DNA of 63,985 nucleotides, filler included, from Craspedostauros australis (taxonomy: Eukaryota), in NCBI GenBank assembly GCA_030167865.1. It is 17 parts of 17 records of this genome, joined end to end, with 100 filler letters (N's around TTAATTAATTAA, not from the genome) between each part and the next. Parts side by side here need not be neighbours in the genome. Positions count along the whole stretch, not along the records: positions 24,371 to 26,224 come from JALAGF010001037.1; positions 26,325 to 29,348 come from JALAGF010001038.1; positions 29,449 to 30,957 come from JALAGF010001040.1; positions 31,058 to 40,460 come from JALAGF010001041.1; 13 more parts are not named here. One strand, 5' to 3'. The notes under the pieces are model-generated. The model did no database searches. It was given only the letters and a program-made list of their open reading frames with translations, and was not told the DNA's origin. Position numbers and translations under genes: made by a program. Below are positions 24,371-36,171 of this stretch, in pieces (the first letter of the stretch is position 1; every line of letters begins with the position of its first letter).

Positions 24371-26224
24371 CGCATCCAGCAGGCTGCGCATGGAATGATC
24401 CCTCGTGGCGAGGTCCGTGACAAGCTGCGGTTGCGCATCGGCCACTGCCTGCTGAAGAACTACCGGCTTGGACGGAATGACGACGATCCTTTGAAGGAGA
24501 ATGACGGTGGCGACGTGCATGCCAAGTCCAAGGCACCATGCCATAAGCGGTTGCATCAGCGCAGCATGGCAGCGCAATCGGCACAATCAGCGCAGTCAAC
24601 GCACTCTACCTCGCAAACGAAACCATCCAAGTCATCATCCTCACGATTGAACGAGATCGAAGGCCTTCTCTTCGTGGCAGTTGATCATCTCAACAGTGTC
24701 CAGACCAAGGACCACATGTTCACCGTCATGATGAACCTCGAGGTTGGCGAGAAGGCGTTGCAGATGGGAGCCTTGGAATCGGCATCCAGCTACTTGGAGA
24801 AGGCGTTCACCGCCTTGCGTCGAGTGAAGAATCATACTTCCCCCACCGCCAATACTACCAACTCCATCAGCAGCAGCAGCACTTCTTCCACCCAACAAGC
24901 TGCTCATCGATCAGCATGGAACAATGCAGAGCACTACGACGCGTGCTTGCGACTGTACCACGCTCGCTGTGATGTGGAGCTATCGTTGAGCCACTTCGAG
25001 GCTGGGTACAAGCTCGGCTACGAAGTGTTGGAGAGGGCTCGGTCGCTTGAGGACAAGCTCCCCACGTACTTCGCGATGGCCAAGGCGCTGGGCAGGGAAG
25101 ATCGTCATCTAGACGCCCAACAACTCGACAAACGAGCGCTCCGAGCGATGAAAGGGTTCCCGAAGAGATGGCACTTGCTGCGCAGCGCCAAGATGCTGCT
25201 GGATATCAAGTCGTTTCTGAAGAAGAACACGAACGAGCAGATCATGTCCTTGCCACTTATGACAGATCCTGTTCAGATCTACCGCATGAGGATCGGTACC
25301 GACTTTGGTATTCGCTCCAACCTCATCCGCAAGATGCTTCCGTACCTCTTCAATCTATTCAGGACGATTCAGTGCACCATTCGGTACGGCATTACCGAAG
25401 ACGCGGCACCTGCTTTCGGAGCCTTTGGTGTCGTTATGGCCATGGCAGGAGACCAAGTGATGGCACAACGCTGTGCCGACCTTGCAACCGCAGTCATCGA
25501 TAAAACCAACGGAAAGTCGAAGAGCGCGATTGTTGCTATGATCAGGACCAACTTCATCTCATCGTTCAACGCTCCTTACCTAGAGCTGATGCGAGAATGC
25601 TGGCAGGGATATAATGATTCGATGGAAGTTGGAGAGTTCGAGATGGGCATCGTGACCTACAGCATGATTATCATGCTGGCTTTTCAAATTGGAAGCGCAT
25701 TGCCTTCTCTGATCAAGGCGTCCCATTCAGTCCATCAAAAAATCGACATCCATCAAGTTCGTTCCATGAACAACGCGACTGGGATAACGGCCCTGCTGTG
25801 TAAGTGGTTGACTGGTGATGAGCCGATCCCATGGCAAGACTTCGAGGCTCAAGCCGCACAAGGTCTCGACAAAGAGTCATTGGATCCATCTGAGGTTCCA
25901 GCAGATTTGATAAACTTATATGCTCGGGAGTGGACCCTGGTATACCATCGACGGTATGAAACTGCGGAACGCCTCTACGACTCCTTCGACTTTTTTGCTT
26001 CCCGAGACCATACCTGTCTGATGGTGTTGGCCTCACCCTTCTTCGCAGGCTTGATTGCGGCGGGAAGGTACAGAGAGACAGGACACCTCCGCCATCTGGC
26101 AACCCTGCGCAAGTCCATCAAGACCCTCCGCAACATCGGGAAGACCAGAGGAAGGAACTGGATCCACAAGGCATTCTTGCTCGAGGCTGAAAAGCGCTCG
26201 ATCACTATCAAGAACAAGCGCCAT
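24371..26224 (+). CDS. Partial COG3899-like STAND/AAA ATPase protein: post-ATPase winged-helix and TPR-like region
   Basis: RIQQAAHGMIP resembles the HDRIQQAAY motif; LFVAVDHLN; NLEVGEKA...SASSYL. Open across the whole contig, both ends missing. Confidence 0.75.
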
Positions 26225-26324
26225 NNNNNNNNNNNNNNNNNNNNNNNNNNNNNNNNNNNNNNNNNNNNTTAATTAATTAANNNNNNNNNNNNNNNNNNNN
26301 NNNNNNNNNNNNNNNNNNNNNNNN

Positions 26325-27338
26325 GATGAGGTACTTCACACACTTGAGGTGGCCGTTGTGGCATGCGTGATGAAGGGGAGTGGAGCCATTGTTGGCTTTG
26401 CAGTTGATGTTTGCCTCACATGATTCGATGAGGTACTTGACACACTCCAGGTGGCTGTTCCAGCATGCCACATGAAGGGGAGTGTCACCATCGTTGTCTT
26501 TGCAGTTGATGTCCGCCTCACATGATTCGATGAGGTACTCTACACACTTGAGGTGGCCGTTGTGGCATGCGTGATGAAGGGGAGTGTTGCCATCGCTGTC
26601 TTCGCGGTTGATGTTCGCCTCGCGTGATTTGATGAGGTACTTCACACACTCCAGGTGGCCACGAAAGCATGCCCGATGAAGGGGTGTGTTTCCATTGTTG
26701 TCTTCACAGTTGATGTTGCCCTCACATGATTCGATGAGGTACTTGACACACTGCAGATTGCCGTTATTGCATGCGTCATGAAGGGGAGTCCAACCATTGT
26801 TGTCTTTGCAGTTGATGTTCGCCCCACATGATTTGATGAGATACTCGATACACTTCAGATGGCCGTTCATGCATGCATAATGAAGGGGAGTGGAGCCAGC
26901 ATTGTCTTCGCAGTTGATGTCAGCTCCACATGATTTGATGAGGTACTTGATACACTCCAGGTAGCCGTTATTGCATGCGTCATGAAGGGGAGTCCAACCA
27001 TCGTTGTCTTTGCAGTTGATGTTCGCCTCACATGATTTGATGAGATACTCGATACACTTCAGATGGCTGTTCATGCATGCATAATGAAGGGGAGTAGAGC
27101 CAGCGTTGTCTTCGCAGTTGATGGCAGCTCCACATGATTTGATGAGGTACTTGATACACTCCAGGTGGCCGTTGGAGCATGCCTCATGAAGGGGAGTGCG
27201 ACCAAACCAGTCTGTAACCTTGTTGGCATCAACCCGTTTTTTCTTGCTCTTCTTGTTGTGCTTCTTCCATTTCTTCAACACCGACAAGTAACCTTCTTTG
27301 GCAGCATCAAGTAGTTGTCTGTGCGTAACATTCGGCAT
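26325..27338 (-). CDS. Ankyrin repeat protein with >=9 tandem 34-aa repeats, 3' truncated; paralog of 43119-45578
   Basis: N-cap MPNVT..QL..AA..G.LSVLK.WK shared with the paralog; 102-nt units GxTPLHxACxNGHLxCxxYLIxSCxAxINCxDN. Confidence 0.95.
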
Positions 27339-30300
27339 GTTGAGGGGATGGTCGATGGTTGCTGGACGATTGACGTTGGGCGATTGGCGTTGGATTGCCT
27401 GTCGAGGAAGTGTGTAGTCTGAGCTACCAATGGCAGAGATATCGATGGTGTGTCTTCAATAGCTTGTATTAGTATGAGTACCATGCGCTGTGTGATGAAT
27501 ATTAGTATGCGTGGCAATTCGATGTCTGTTGTTGATGTGCTCGAGTATGGGATTGAGTGGTGTGTGTTGTTGTCTTGCCCGCATGATCTTCTCTCTCTCT
27601 CTTTGTGGTTACCTGTGTTTGCCTCCGCTTGATCGCACCCTTCTGGTTCGTGTCGTTTGAATCCTTCTGTTCCCATCCATCACGAAAATGCGCGTGGACA
27701 ACAAGAAGAAAGAAGGAACGAGGAGGACGCACAATAGTTGGAAATCACACAGAACACTGTGGTGTGCTCAAGAACCTGACGTATGCACGACAGACGACCA
27801 ATGTCTACCCAAAGTAGACACAAGGGTAGACTTCTGAAAATGCAGTCTCGAGTTTGATTAGCACAAAAGTGTACATCGTACTTAGGCACGCACTCGGTTG
27901 CACTGCTCCATGTCAAACGTATACTTCCATCGCATGTTCGTCCACCATAAAATCACCTGAACTTCTTATCGTAGAGTATACTTGATGGCAAAGAGCATCA
28001 ATGGCCTCCTTCTCATTGCTACATCCGCACTTCTTCCAACAATTGACATCGTTGAATGGAATAAGAAGCATGCCAGTGANTGTGAGATGCCTGCTTCAAG
28101 GNTGGCCACTGGTCGGAAACAAGTAATCAAGACATCTATGCNATTCATGATGTCGATAGTGTCGAAGAAGTTTACAATCAGAGTTCTATCTTCGAATGCT
28201 GGGCATGTAAGGCACCACCCGGATCGGTCAACATTGATCGTGGCATTGAAACTACTATAAATGTGGAATAACTTGCACTGCACTCACTTTATGACATTTG
28301 ACAAGCGAGCCGTTTCGAATGTTGGTCACGGATATTCTCTACAAGTTTCCTCTTTGTTGCCAGACTCTCCATACTAAATACAATAGAGAGAGATGCCATG
28401 GCAGAAATGCAATACCCTTTCTGCATGCAATCACCAATTGATGAGTTGTGTTCCAAATCACAAGATATGCGAAGCACGACGGGTTCCACTCTATCCTGAT
28501 ACCCCCTTTGTCACGTATAATAGCTGGCTGTGGTCGTAATTGCTTGAGACTGTCACTGATTCACAGGCGCAGCAAATGTTCGTAGATTCCCTGTGGCATC
28601 GACATTGTCGATGTGAGATTGCATGATTAGACGACCACATGACCGCATGGGAAAGTGCGTCTGAGCAGGTCTTGTTGCTAACACACACCACATCACACCT
28701 AACAGGCAATACAAGCCCACCACGTTGTAGTGCCGAACAAACATGTCCGTCACAGAATTTGTTCCTTGCTGATGGTCATTATGTGTGGGCATTGATGGTA
28801 CCGGAGATACACGCAATGACAAGTAATTGTTGTCACAAGCACCTGTTGTGACCATGACAAATGTCTTGTAGTCGTGCATCTGCGAACAAGATTCCAGCTT
28901 GGCACATCAATGTACAGAAAGACGGTCATTCTTCGCCGACACCAGTTTGTACAGCGACCACCACTTCTGTCCGTTACCATCGAACCAGTGTCAAGTTCAT
29001 GCACGCGTTGTTGGAGAATGGCTGTCTGCTACTTCGTGTTTCTTGGACGCGTGGAATGTCAGTGTGCCGCGCCTTTCCAACACACTGCGTGGGGAAGACG
29101 ATGTCGTTGCAACATCCGACCAAAGTCGTACCTCCGTCGGATCATGTCATCTCAACAACCAACCTACGTCATCTGATGTCCGATCAATGTTTGACCAATG
29201 TAAGACCAATGTTACCGTAAAGTATGACATTGCGGTGACAGGTTTTTTCCACGTTTCGAAGGCTCAACTTGCCACCCCCCTCTGCAGTCACTGAGTATGA
29301 TTAGTTTGCAACTAGACACATAGAATAACCAAGGAAGGCCTCCCCTATNNNNNNNNNNNNNNNNNNNNNNNNNNNNNNNNNNNNNNNNNNNNTTAATTAA
29401 TTAANNNNNNNNNNNNNNNNNNNNNNNNNNNNNNNNNNNNNNNNNNNNCATGTCGCCTCGCATCACATCACAGTCCATGTATGCAATGCAGGGTACTCAT
29501 GTAGTGATTGTAATATTATAAATATAAGCACTAATATCATCCCATTATGGTGTTTAGAGTAGACTTGTAAATTTTTAAGCTCCTGGGACTTGTAAAAACA
29601 AAGTTATTGTTTTGTTGTAGCCTATGGCTAGAAACGTTAGGCATGCGGACGCAAAGGGGCAGCTGCAGCTCAAAATCTCCAGTCGTGCTTCTACTTGTGC
29701 CGAGTCGTGTCCACCATGGACACACTCACATTTCTCGCGGGTGGGGCGGTTGGCTGCAAAGCAATATCATGGACTGCGCAGTGGCAGTAGACATGATGAG
29801 GCTGCTGCTTCGTCTGGGCTTTGGATTGGTGGAAGACATGTAGAGAGCTGTAAATACGTTGGTTGGCAGGTTGCAGGCTCCATGCTATCCACAGGTGGTA
29901 CACCCCAATGTAGCCTTTCCCCTCACCCTTATCTTGACCTGGACCCTGCCTTGTTCTCGGTTCTGCCGCTGTTCATGGCCCAAGAGGTTGACCCTACTCC
30001 ATGTCCCAATCAGCACACACTGCCTTCCCTCCATATTCCCACTCTATTCTGCAGCCTCGTCCTCGCTTCAGGTCTATTCCCTGCCAGCGTGTTTGGACCT
30101 CCTCTCTGCTTGTCGTCGCCAACAGCCATTGTTGGATTCTGGCCGTTGTTCATCTGCTCTCCTTGTGGCTTCTTATTTCGGTGTCAATGAACCTGCAAGC
30201 ACACGAATCACAACACGAGAAACAACAAGGAAAGCAACACTGCCGCCACCAGTTGCTTTCCGCACCGTGCCAACAGCTTGCAGATGACCATGACGTCCCT

Positions 30301-31057
30301 TGTCCAATGGGAGCAAAGCAGGTTGCACAGGACTTTGTATTAACAAACTAAGCTAAGTGTTACAGAATATTATATTTTGCATTCCCTCGGATACATCACT
30401 GTGCTCCATTAAATTATATTGTGTTGTGTAGTATTCGCAAGTGTCGCTGTTGCTGTGGATGCACAGGGATGCTACCACCAAGGCTGTGGTGATTGACACA
30501 ACACGCACAAAAGAAGGAAACGCCCAACCGAGCCAAATCACCAACAGCGTGAGAATCAAAGAGGACACCATCCATAACGTTGGATACCAACGCAGTCTGA
30601 CATCGACCGTCAATGACGTCATCATTTTCGTCCACGGTGAAGACAAGCCAGCCAGGTATTTGTGTCGTTCAATAAAGCTAAATACATCTAACCCTAATGA
30701 ACAACACGCCGTATCGTTATCTAAAAATATCACGATGTACGATATCAAATCCGCAGGATCGTACGTGCGGACGCTGAATGGGGCCAAACGTGGAAAAAGA
30801 CAACTGATCAAGCCTGTTCTTCGTTTTGCTGATTGGTATTGCGCTAGGCTACTCTAGAGAGAGTGTTGCTTGATGGTATTCCAAATCTGCTTGCAGCTCT
30901 TCTTCTTTGGCGATGCTTGATGGATGACAAGATAATGAATAAACTTCTGATACAATCNNNNNNNNNNNNNNNNNNNNNNNNNNNNNNNNNNNNNNNNNNN
31001 NTTAATTAATTAANNNNNNNNNNNNNNNNNNNNNNNNNNNNNNNNNNNNNNNNNNNN

Positions 31058-31641
31058 TGCCATCTCCTTCTTCTTCATGGGTGTGTTTGCCTGCATCACC
31101 CATTCCATCATCCAAAACTTGTCCAAAGGGATGAAGCTGCTCGGATGGAGAGACGTTGCCATGGCCGATTGTTGCAACTGGAGTGGAAGCTGTGGGCAAG
31201 TCATCATTGGCATTGGGAGCATTGGGCGGACGAGAAGATGCCATGATGAAGGTGATGTATCGAAGAAGGCAAGCTGGAAGAAGAAGGCAGTATGGGGGAT
31301 GCTGCGAATGACAAGCAAGGAGGTGCGAGGTTGGTGATGGAATGAAATGAACCACAGCAGGCAAGGAGGTTGGAGGGGGAGGGTTGTTGCCATGCGGAGG
31401 AAAGCGAAGAAACAATGACGATGAAGAAAATCTTGGAGGAGGAGATGTCAGAACAAAAAGCTGGCAGAATTTCTTTTAGTCGAAGTATTCGACCGAAAAA
31501 TCCTATCGTGGAGATTTATCACGTGGANNTGAAAATTGTCTCCTCAGACCGGATTTTGGCGAACCTCCGGGTAACTTTGTCTCCTGAGCCCAAAATGGCC
31601 ATTTTTGGTCTCCCCAGACAGAATCTGTCCTCATGGATATT
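31058..31641 (-). repeat. 584-bp end of the unclassified multicopy element (copy 2), abutting a non-LTR element
   Basis: Reverse complement of 21134-21717. Confidence 0.9.
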
Positions 31642-32103
31642 CATCTTGTGCCCGAAGATTCCCGATTCCGCCTGTTCGTCTCAGTGTTCTGTGGTTGTGG
31701 CGTTATTTCCTGTGGGGTTCTCATTGCTTATTCCTGCCTGGTTATTTCTTGCGTCTGTCCGCCTGTCCGCCTGTCCGCCTGTCGTGTTTTCCTTGTTGCC
31801 CCGTACTCGTCTGTACCTCCGTCCCTTCATGATCTTTGCACTGCCTGTTGCCTGCTGAGAGACCTGGCTGACTGTCTTGTAAGCCGATCGCCTGTGCTCC
31901 TTCCTCCTTCTGTGCCTGCTGTGTGAGCCTGGCTGCATTCGGCATGTTAGTTCTGTTACGCGTAGCCTCCTCTTCTACTTTGGTGTGCCCTCTTAGTTCG
32001 GCGGTTGCCGCTGGTGCCGTCGGACGCTGTGTCGCCCGTCCTCTGACCAGTTGGGTGGAATCCTTGTCAGGTCTTCCGCCCTTGCGATGCTCGTAGGGAA
32101 CCC

Positions 32104-34986
32104 TCATTCTTGGCCTGCGGCCCTCTCGCCGCTGGCTGCTGAACCTGGTTTACTTGCAGCCGGTTCTTGCTGATCTTGTGGCCTCACGTTTGGCCCTTCT
32201 GTCCCACTAGGCGATAACCCGTCTTTCGCTCTGATTTTCTTCATGGGGCTTACCGCCCTGGTTGTTCCCTTTGCTGGCTCGTGGTGTGCCTTGTCATTTG
32301 CTCGGCAGGATTCTGTGCCCTGTTTTCTGGCTTGTCTTCTTGTCGTCATGCGGGTGATTCCCGTACTCGCCGGGGGCCCCTCTGAACTGTCGTCTGACGA
32401 CAAATCGACCAGGTTGACCACCTCGTCGTTGATGTCGTTTGCTCCATTGTTACCGACGCCTACTGATCCCATGGAGACGTCTGACATAGAATCCTCGTCG
32501 GGTGCATGCTTGAAGTCGTCGTCCTTGTTGTGCTGGCTAAGCTCGCGAAGCGTCAACACGGGCTGGTCGACGTCCCTTCCTTCTGGAGCGAGGGTGTCTT
32601 CCTGACTGCCTGGGCTTGGCTTGGTTGTTCCCCCCTCGGCTTGCGGTTGCTGTTGGCCAGCCCCGGGTCCTAGGATCGCTTCCATCCACTGGGCTCGGGC
32701 TCCCGGGTCGATTACCTCCAATTTCTTCATTGCCTCCCCTACCACTCTCATAGTCTCCTTTTTTGCTTCCGGGCATTGCGATTTCATCGAAGTAATGGCG
32801 GATCTCAACAAGGCATCATTGCAGTTGTGCCAGCGATGCATTACTCCTACGGACCCGTGGTCCCTGTCCATTGTCTTAGGGATGGTGCCAAAGTCAATGG
32901 CAAATGTCATCTTTGCCTTGCCATCCTCTTGCTCCTGGCTGTCCTCACTGTCTGGTTTCTGTAACCCCATGCTTGCGTACCACTCGTCATCCACTTGTTT
33001 CTTTCTTTTATCTCGCTCCGCGCCGGCTCTGACCACTTCACTGTGCATGGTCATCTCGTAGCTTGTGTTTGCGTCCCAGATATAGTCTGTAAACCAGGTT
33101 GCTGCCTTGCCTCCACAGTACTTGTATAGGACGGTTGGCAGCAGTGGGATGATCAAGCTTGCCTCGTCTGCCACGTCCTGACTGTACACGAACACCGTGT
33201 CGCCCCAGTTCCTTCCATTTTCGACTGCCAGGAACAGGGCCGACCCATCTTTGTCCCCTGAGGTGGACATGAGCTTGGAGAGCATGTTGCGTAGTGAGAC
33301 CTTGTTCTTGGGCTCGACATAGTCTAGTCTGTGGATGAACGACACGATGGTGGTCTTCGTGTTGGCCAGGAACTCCTTCTGTTTCTTTTTGTACATCATG
33401 GCGTTTCGGCGGTCTTCGTGAGTCGCCGGACGTTGTTCGTCGGTCAGATCTGAAATGAATCGGAGCCGTTTGCCTAGGATCCTATTCTTCCCGGCAGCGA
33501 ACAGCTTTCCCATCAGTTGTTCACACTTGATGGAATCTTCTTTGCTTGCCAGTATGTGCGCGGCGTAGACTTGGTCCTCCTTTTTCACTTTCTCATATTT
33601 GTCGAGCTTGATGGCTTGCATTCGGATGCCTACCTTTACCTTGGCTTTTGTCATCTCCTCTAGGCCATTGATGGCTTCTGTGAGGTCGCTGCAGTTGGTG
33701 GATCTGTGGCTGGCACAGAACCATCCTACTGGTACTTCCTCGCGCGCCTGGACTGTACATTTGGAGAACATGATGTCATTGTCCAGCAAGTGTCCGCCGT
33801 CCTGCAGTTCTGCCCACTCCTTGTTGTGGGAGAAGTAGAACCTGCACCAGGTCTGCTTCCCTGCCTTCGTGTATATTTTGTTCACGTAGTTCCTGGCTTT
33901 GGAGATGGATGTCACTTTGTCGCTGCTGGCCGTTAAGCCTGGGCCTTTCCCGTCCCATCGATGAATGACCAACTCCGGGTCTTGCGAGAATAGGTGCTCC
34001 ATCATCATTGCTAGTGCTTCGGTGACCTCTTTCTCAACTGCCTTGTCTTTCCCTTTCAGGGTTGGGCTTCGGAATGTACAGTACGTACTGAAAGCTTTTC
34101 CCAGTGCCTCATTGACATTGTGCTTATACTCTCGTTTCACCAAAGGCTTGCTCAGGAAAAATTGGTCTGCTGGCATGAGGGTGTCTTCCTTGTCTGCCGA
34201 TTTTGGAGTTGTCTTCAGTGCTTCTGCAAAGGTGAGCTTGCCGGTCTTGTACGGGTTGCTGGTTGGGTTGGCTTGCTTCTTCTTTTCGTCTTTGGTGGTG
34301 TTCTTTTGGCTGGGTGTTTTGGTTGCCTGGTTGGTATTGTGTTTCTGTGCTGTTTGCTGCTTCATTTTGATGGTGGCCTTCTTCTCTGGTGTTGTTGTTG
34401 TTTGGCTGGGTGATTCGACCTTTCTTTGTTTCTCTGGTGACTCCTGCTGTTCGGTCGTGTTGACTATCCTTGCTGCTATCCACAGGTTGGTCAGGATGCT
34501 GCCGATGATGCTACCTTCATTCCAAAAGGATGGTGGAAACACTTCTGCTCGTGTGGCTAGCAACCTTGCCTCCGTCTGTTGCACCTTCTGGTTTGTTGCT
34601 GCGTCCCAGTGGCATGCCCTTCCTTTAGTAAACACGGTAATCCACTCTTCCAACGTCTCCAGATCGCCTCTTTTGCTGTCCAGGTATTGGCGGATCGTGT
34701 TCCATGCCATGTTGATTGAGTCGCCTCCTCCGACACATTCCTGGTACAGCTTGGCGCTGCTCACCGCCATTTTTCGTTTGGCTTCCCGTTCTTCCTCCGC
34801 TGTCCACACCGCCTGTTTTTCAGCGATGCCATCTTCGGGCGCCTTCAGCGCCGTAACTCCACCAAAATTCACTTGTTTCTTGCGCGGTTTTCCGCTTGGC
34901 AACCCTACTTGCTTGCCTTGCTTGGTTGGCGTCATGATACTCTTGGACCACTTCGTCTGCTTTTTAAATTTTATGTTTTCTGTCAT
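32104..34986 (-). CDS. 960-aa ORF, probably ORF1 of an Ambal-like non-LTR retrotransposon
   Basis: Intronless, Lys/Glu-rich; central PVGWFCASH and LRNML..LF.AVE segments. The stop overlaps the next ATG (ATGA, 32104-32107). Family assignment by resemblance only. Confidence 0.55.
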   Translation of the reverse strand: MTENIKFKKQTKWSKSIMTPTKQGKQVGLPSGKPRKKQVNFGGVTALKAPEDGIAEKQAVWTAEEEREAKRKMAVSSAKLYQECVGGGDSINMAWNTIRQYLDSKRGDLETLEEWITVFTKGRACHWDAATNQKVQQTEARLLATRAEVFPPSFWNEGSIIGSILTNLWIAARIVNTTEQQESPEKQRKVESPSQTTTTPEKKATIKMKQQTAQKHNTNQATKTPSQKNTTKDEKKKQANPTSNPYKTGKLTFAEALKTTPKSADKEDTLMPADQFFLSKPLVKREYKHNVNEALGKAFSTYCTFRSPTLKGKDKAVEKEVTEALAMMMEHLFSQDPELVIHRWDGKGPGLTASSDKVTSISKARNYVNKIYTKAGKQTWCRFYFSHNKEWAELQDGGHLLDNDIMFSKCTVQAREEVPVGWFCASHRSTNCSDLTEAINGLEEMTKAKVKVGIRMQAIKLDKYEKVKKEDQVYAAHILASKEDSIKCEQLMGKLFAAGKNRILGKRLRFISDLTDEQRPATHEDRRNAMMYKKKQKEFLANTKTTIVSFIHRLDYVEPKNKVSLRNMLSKLMSTSGDKDGSALFLAVENGRNWGDTVFVYSQDVADEASLIIPLLPTVLYKYCGGKAATWFTDYIWDANTSYEMTMHSEVVRAGAERDKRKKQVDDEWYASMGLQKPDSEDSQEQEDGKAKMTFAIDFGTIPKTMDRDHGSVGVMHRWHNCNDALLRSAITSMKSQCPEAKKETMRVVGEAMKKLEVIDPGARAQWMEAILGPGAGQQQPQAEGGTTKPSPGSQEDTLAPEGRDVDQPVLTLRELSQHNKDDDFKHAPDEDSMSDVSMGSVGVGNNGANDINDEVVNLVDLSSDDSSEGPPASTGITRMTTRRQARKQGTESCRANDKAHHEPAKGTTRAVSPMKKIRAKDGLSPSGTEGPNVRPQDQQEPAASKPGSAASGERAAGQE

Positions 34987-36171
34987 TGGTGAATGCGTAC
35001 GTCCGCGAGTTCCAAAACCGTTGGCGATAACCGTAGGTTTCAGTACTGACTCTTACGCGGATTCAAAACCTACTGGGTCTACACACGCCTTTTTAATTCA
35101 GCGATTCCAGAAGAGCCTCGCAGCGTCCAGTCAAGCACCTCCGCATTTGCCATACTCCCGTACGAGCAACAACACATGGGATAAATCTTGCGATCCAGAA
35201 ATGGAGTAGCCAAGCAAGCGTGCGCGATCGCCACAGAGTAACAGCCACATTGGTGTGATACCATATAGTAGTTGCAGGGGCATCGCCGATGTTCGGCATC
35301 CTGTTCTGCGAGCCATGAGTGTCTTGCGCGCGGCGAGATGCTTCGTGGGATCCGTCAGCGAAGGAGAGAGGCAGCGGGTGGCCAGTGGTGGGAATGCCCA
35401 TTCATTTGCTACATCATGCCACGAATGGCGAGCGGTTTGGCCACCATCTCTTCCGATTCCCGCAAGATTCTTCTTTCCGCGTTGGATGAATTGCGGTCGA
35501 CTCCCCCAGCCTCACCGGACTTCAAATCCAAAGAAGTGCTGTGATACTCTACTCAGCGACCACCGAGTACTGGGTCATGCTAGTACAGGATCCTGTCTCA
35601 GTCTTTCCGTACGCGTGGACGACACACAGTGAGACGGCGCGATTCTCAGCATTCATGACGGCGATGAAATATTTGGAGAAGACGCTGCCAGTCTTCCCTC
35701 CGGCGCGGCAGTAGGAGTATCGGCGTGAATACGGGTGGAGTATCAGTGCAACGGAAGACGAGCCCAAGAATGATCCGTTCATTCCGTCATTCAATCATTC
35801 AATGATTGATTGATTGAATGAAAACAATTGTATTCACAGACCCAACGACAGCCTGAACACAACTTGTATGGTACATTCCCCAGGAGTATCAGCGGAGAAT
35901 CACCGCGAAGTTGATCGTGCTGAACCACGAGCACATCCCAATAATCGTACAGACAACACATCGTGCCAAGGTGATGACAAAGACAACACAGTCGCATTGG
36001 CACGCCGTGGCGTGAAGGAACAGCACAACTTCCATTCCTTTTGGCCGGATCACGCTCATCCACCGCCACATCTCGTCTCATAAACACAGCGTCCTGCTCT
36101 GCAACCTCTTCCAACATCACACTGTCCTCCATCACGCCCTCGCTTCTTGCGTTCTTCACATCAATTATACG

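Noticed and set aside
27700..30957. Short ORFs and ambiguous bases on two contigs
   Set aside because: Possibly decayed repeats, but no diagnostic motif or second copy in this window.
33965..35209. 414-aa plus-strand ORF
   Set aside because: Antisense shadow of the 960-aa ORF; non-ATG start and no motifs.
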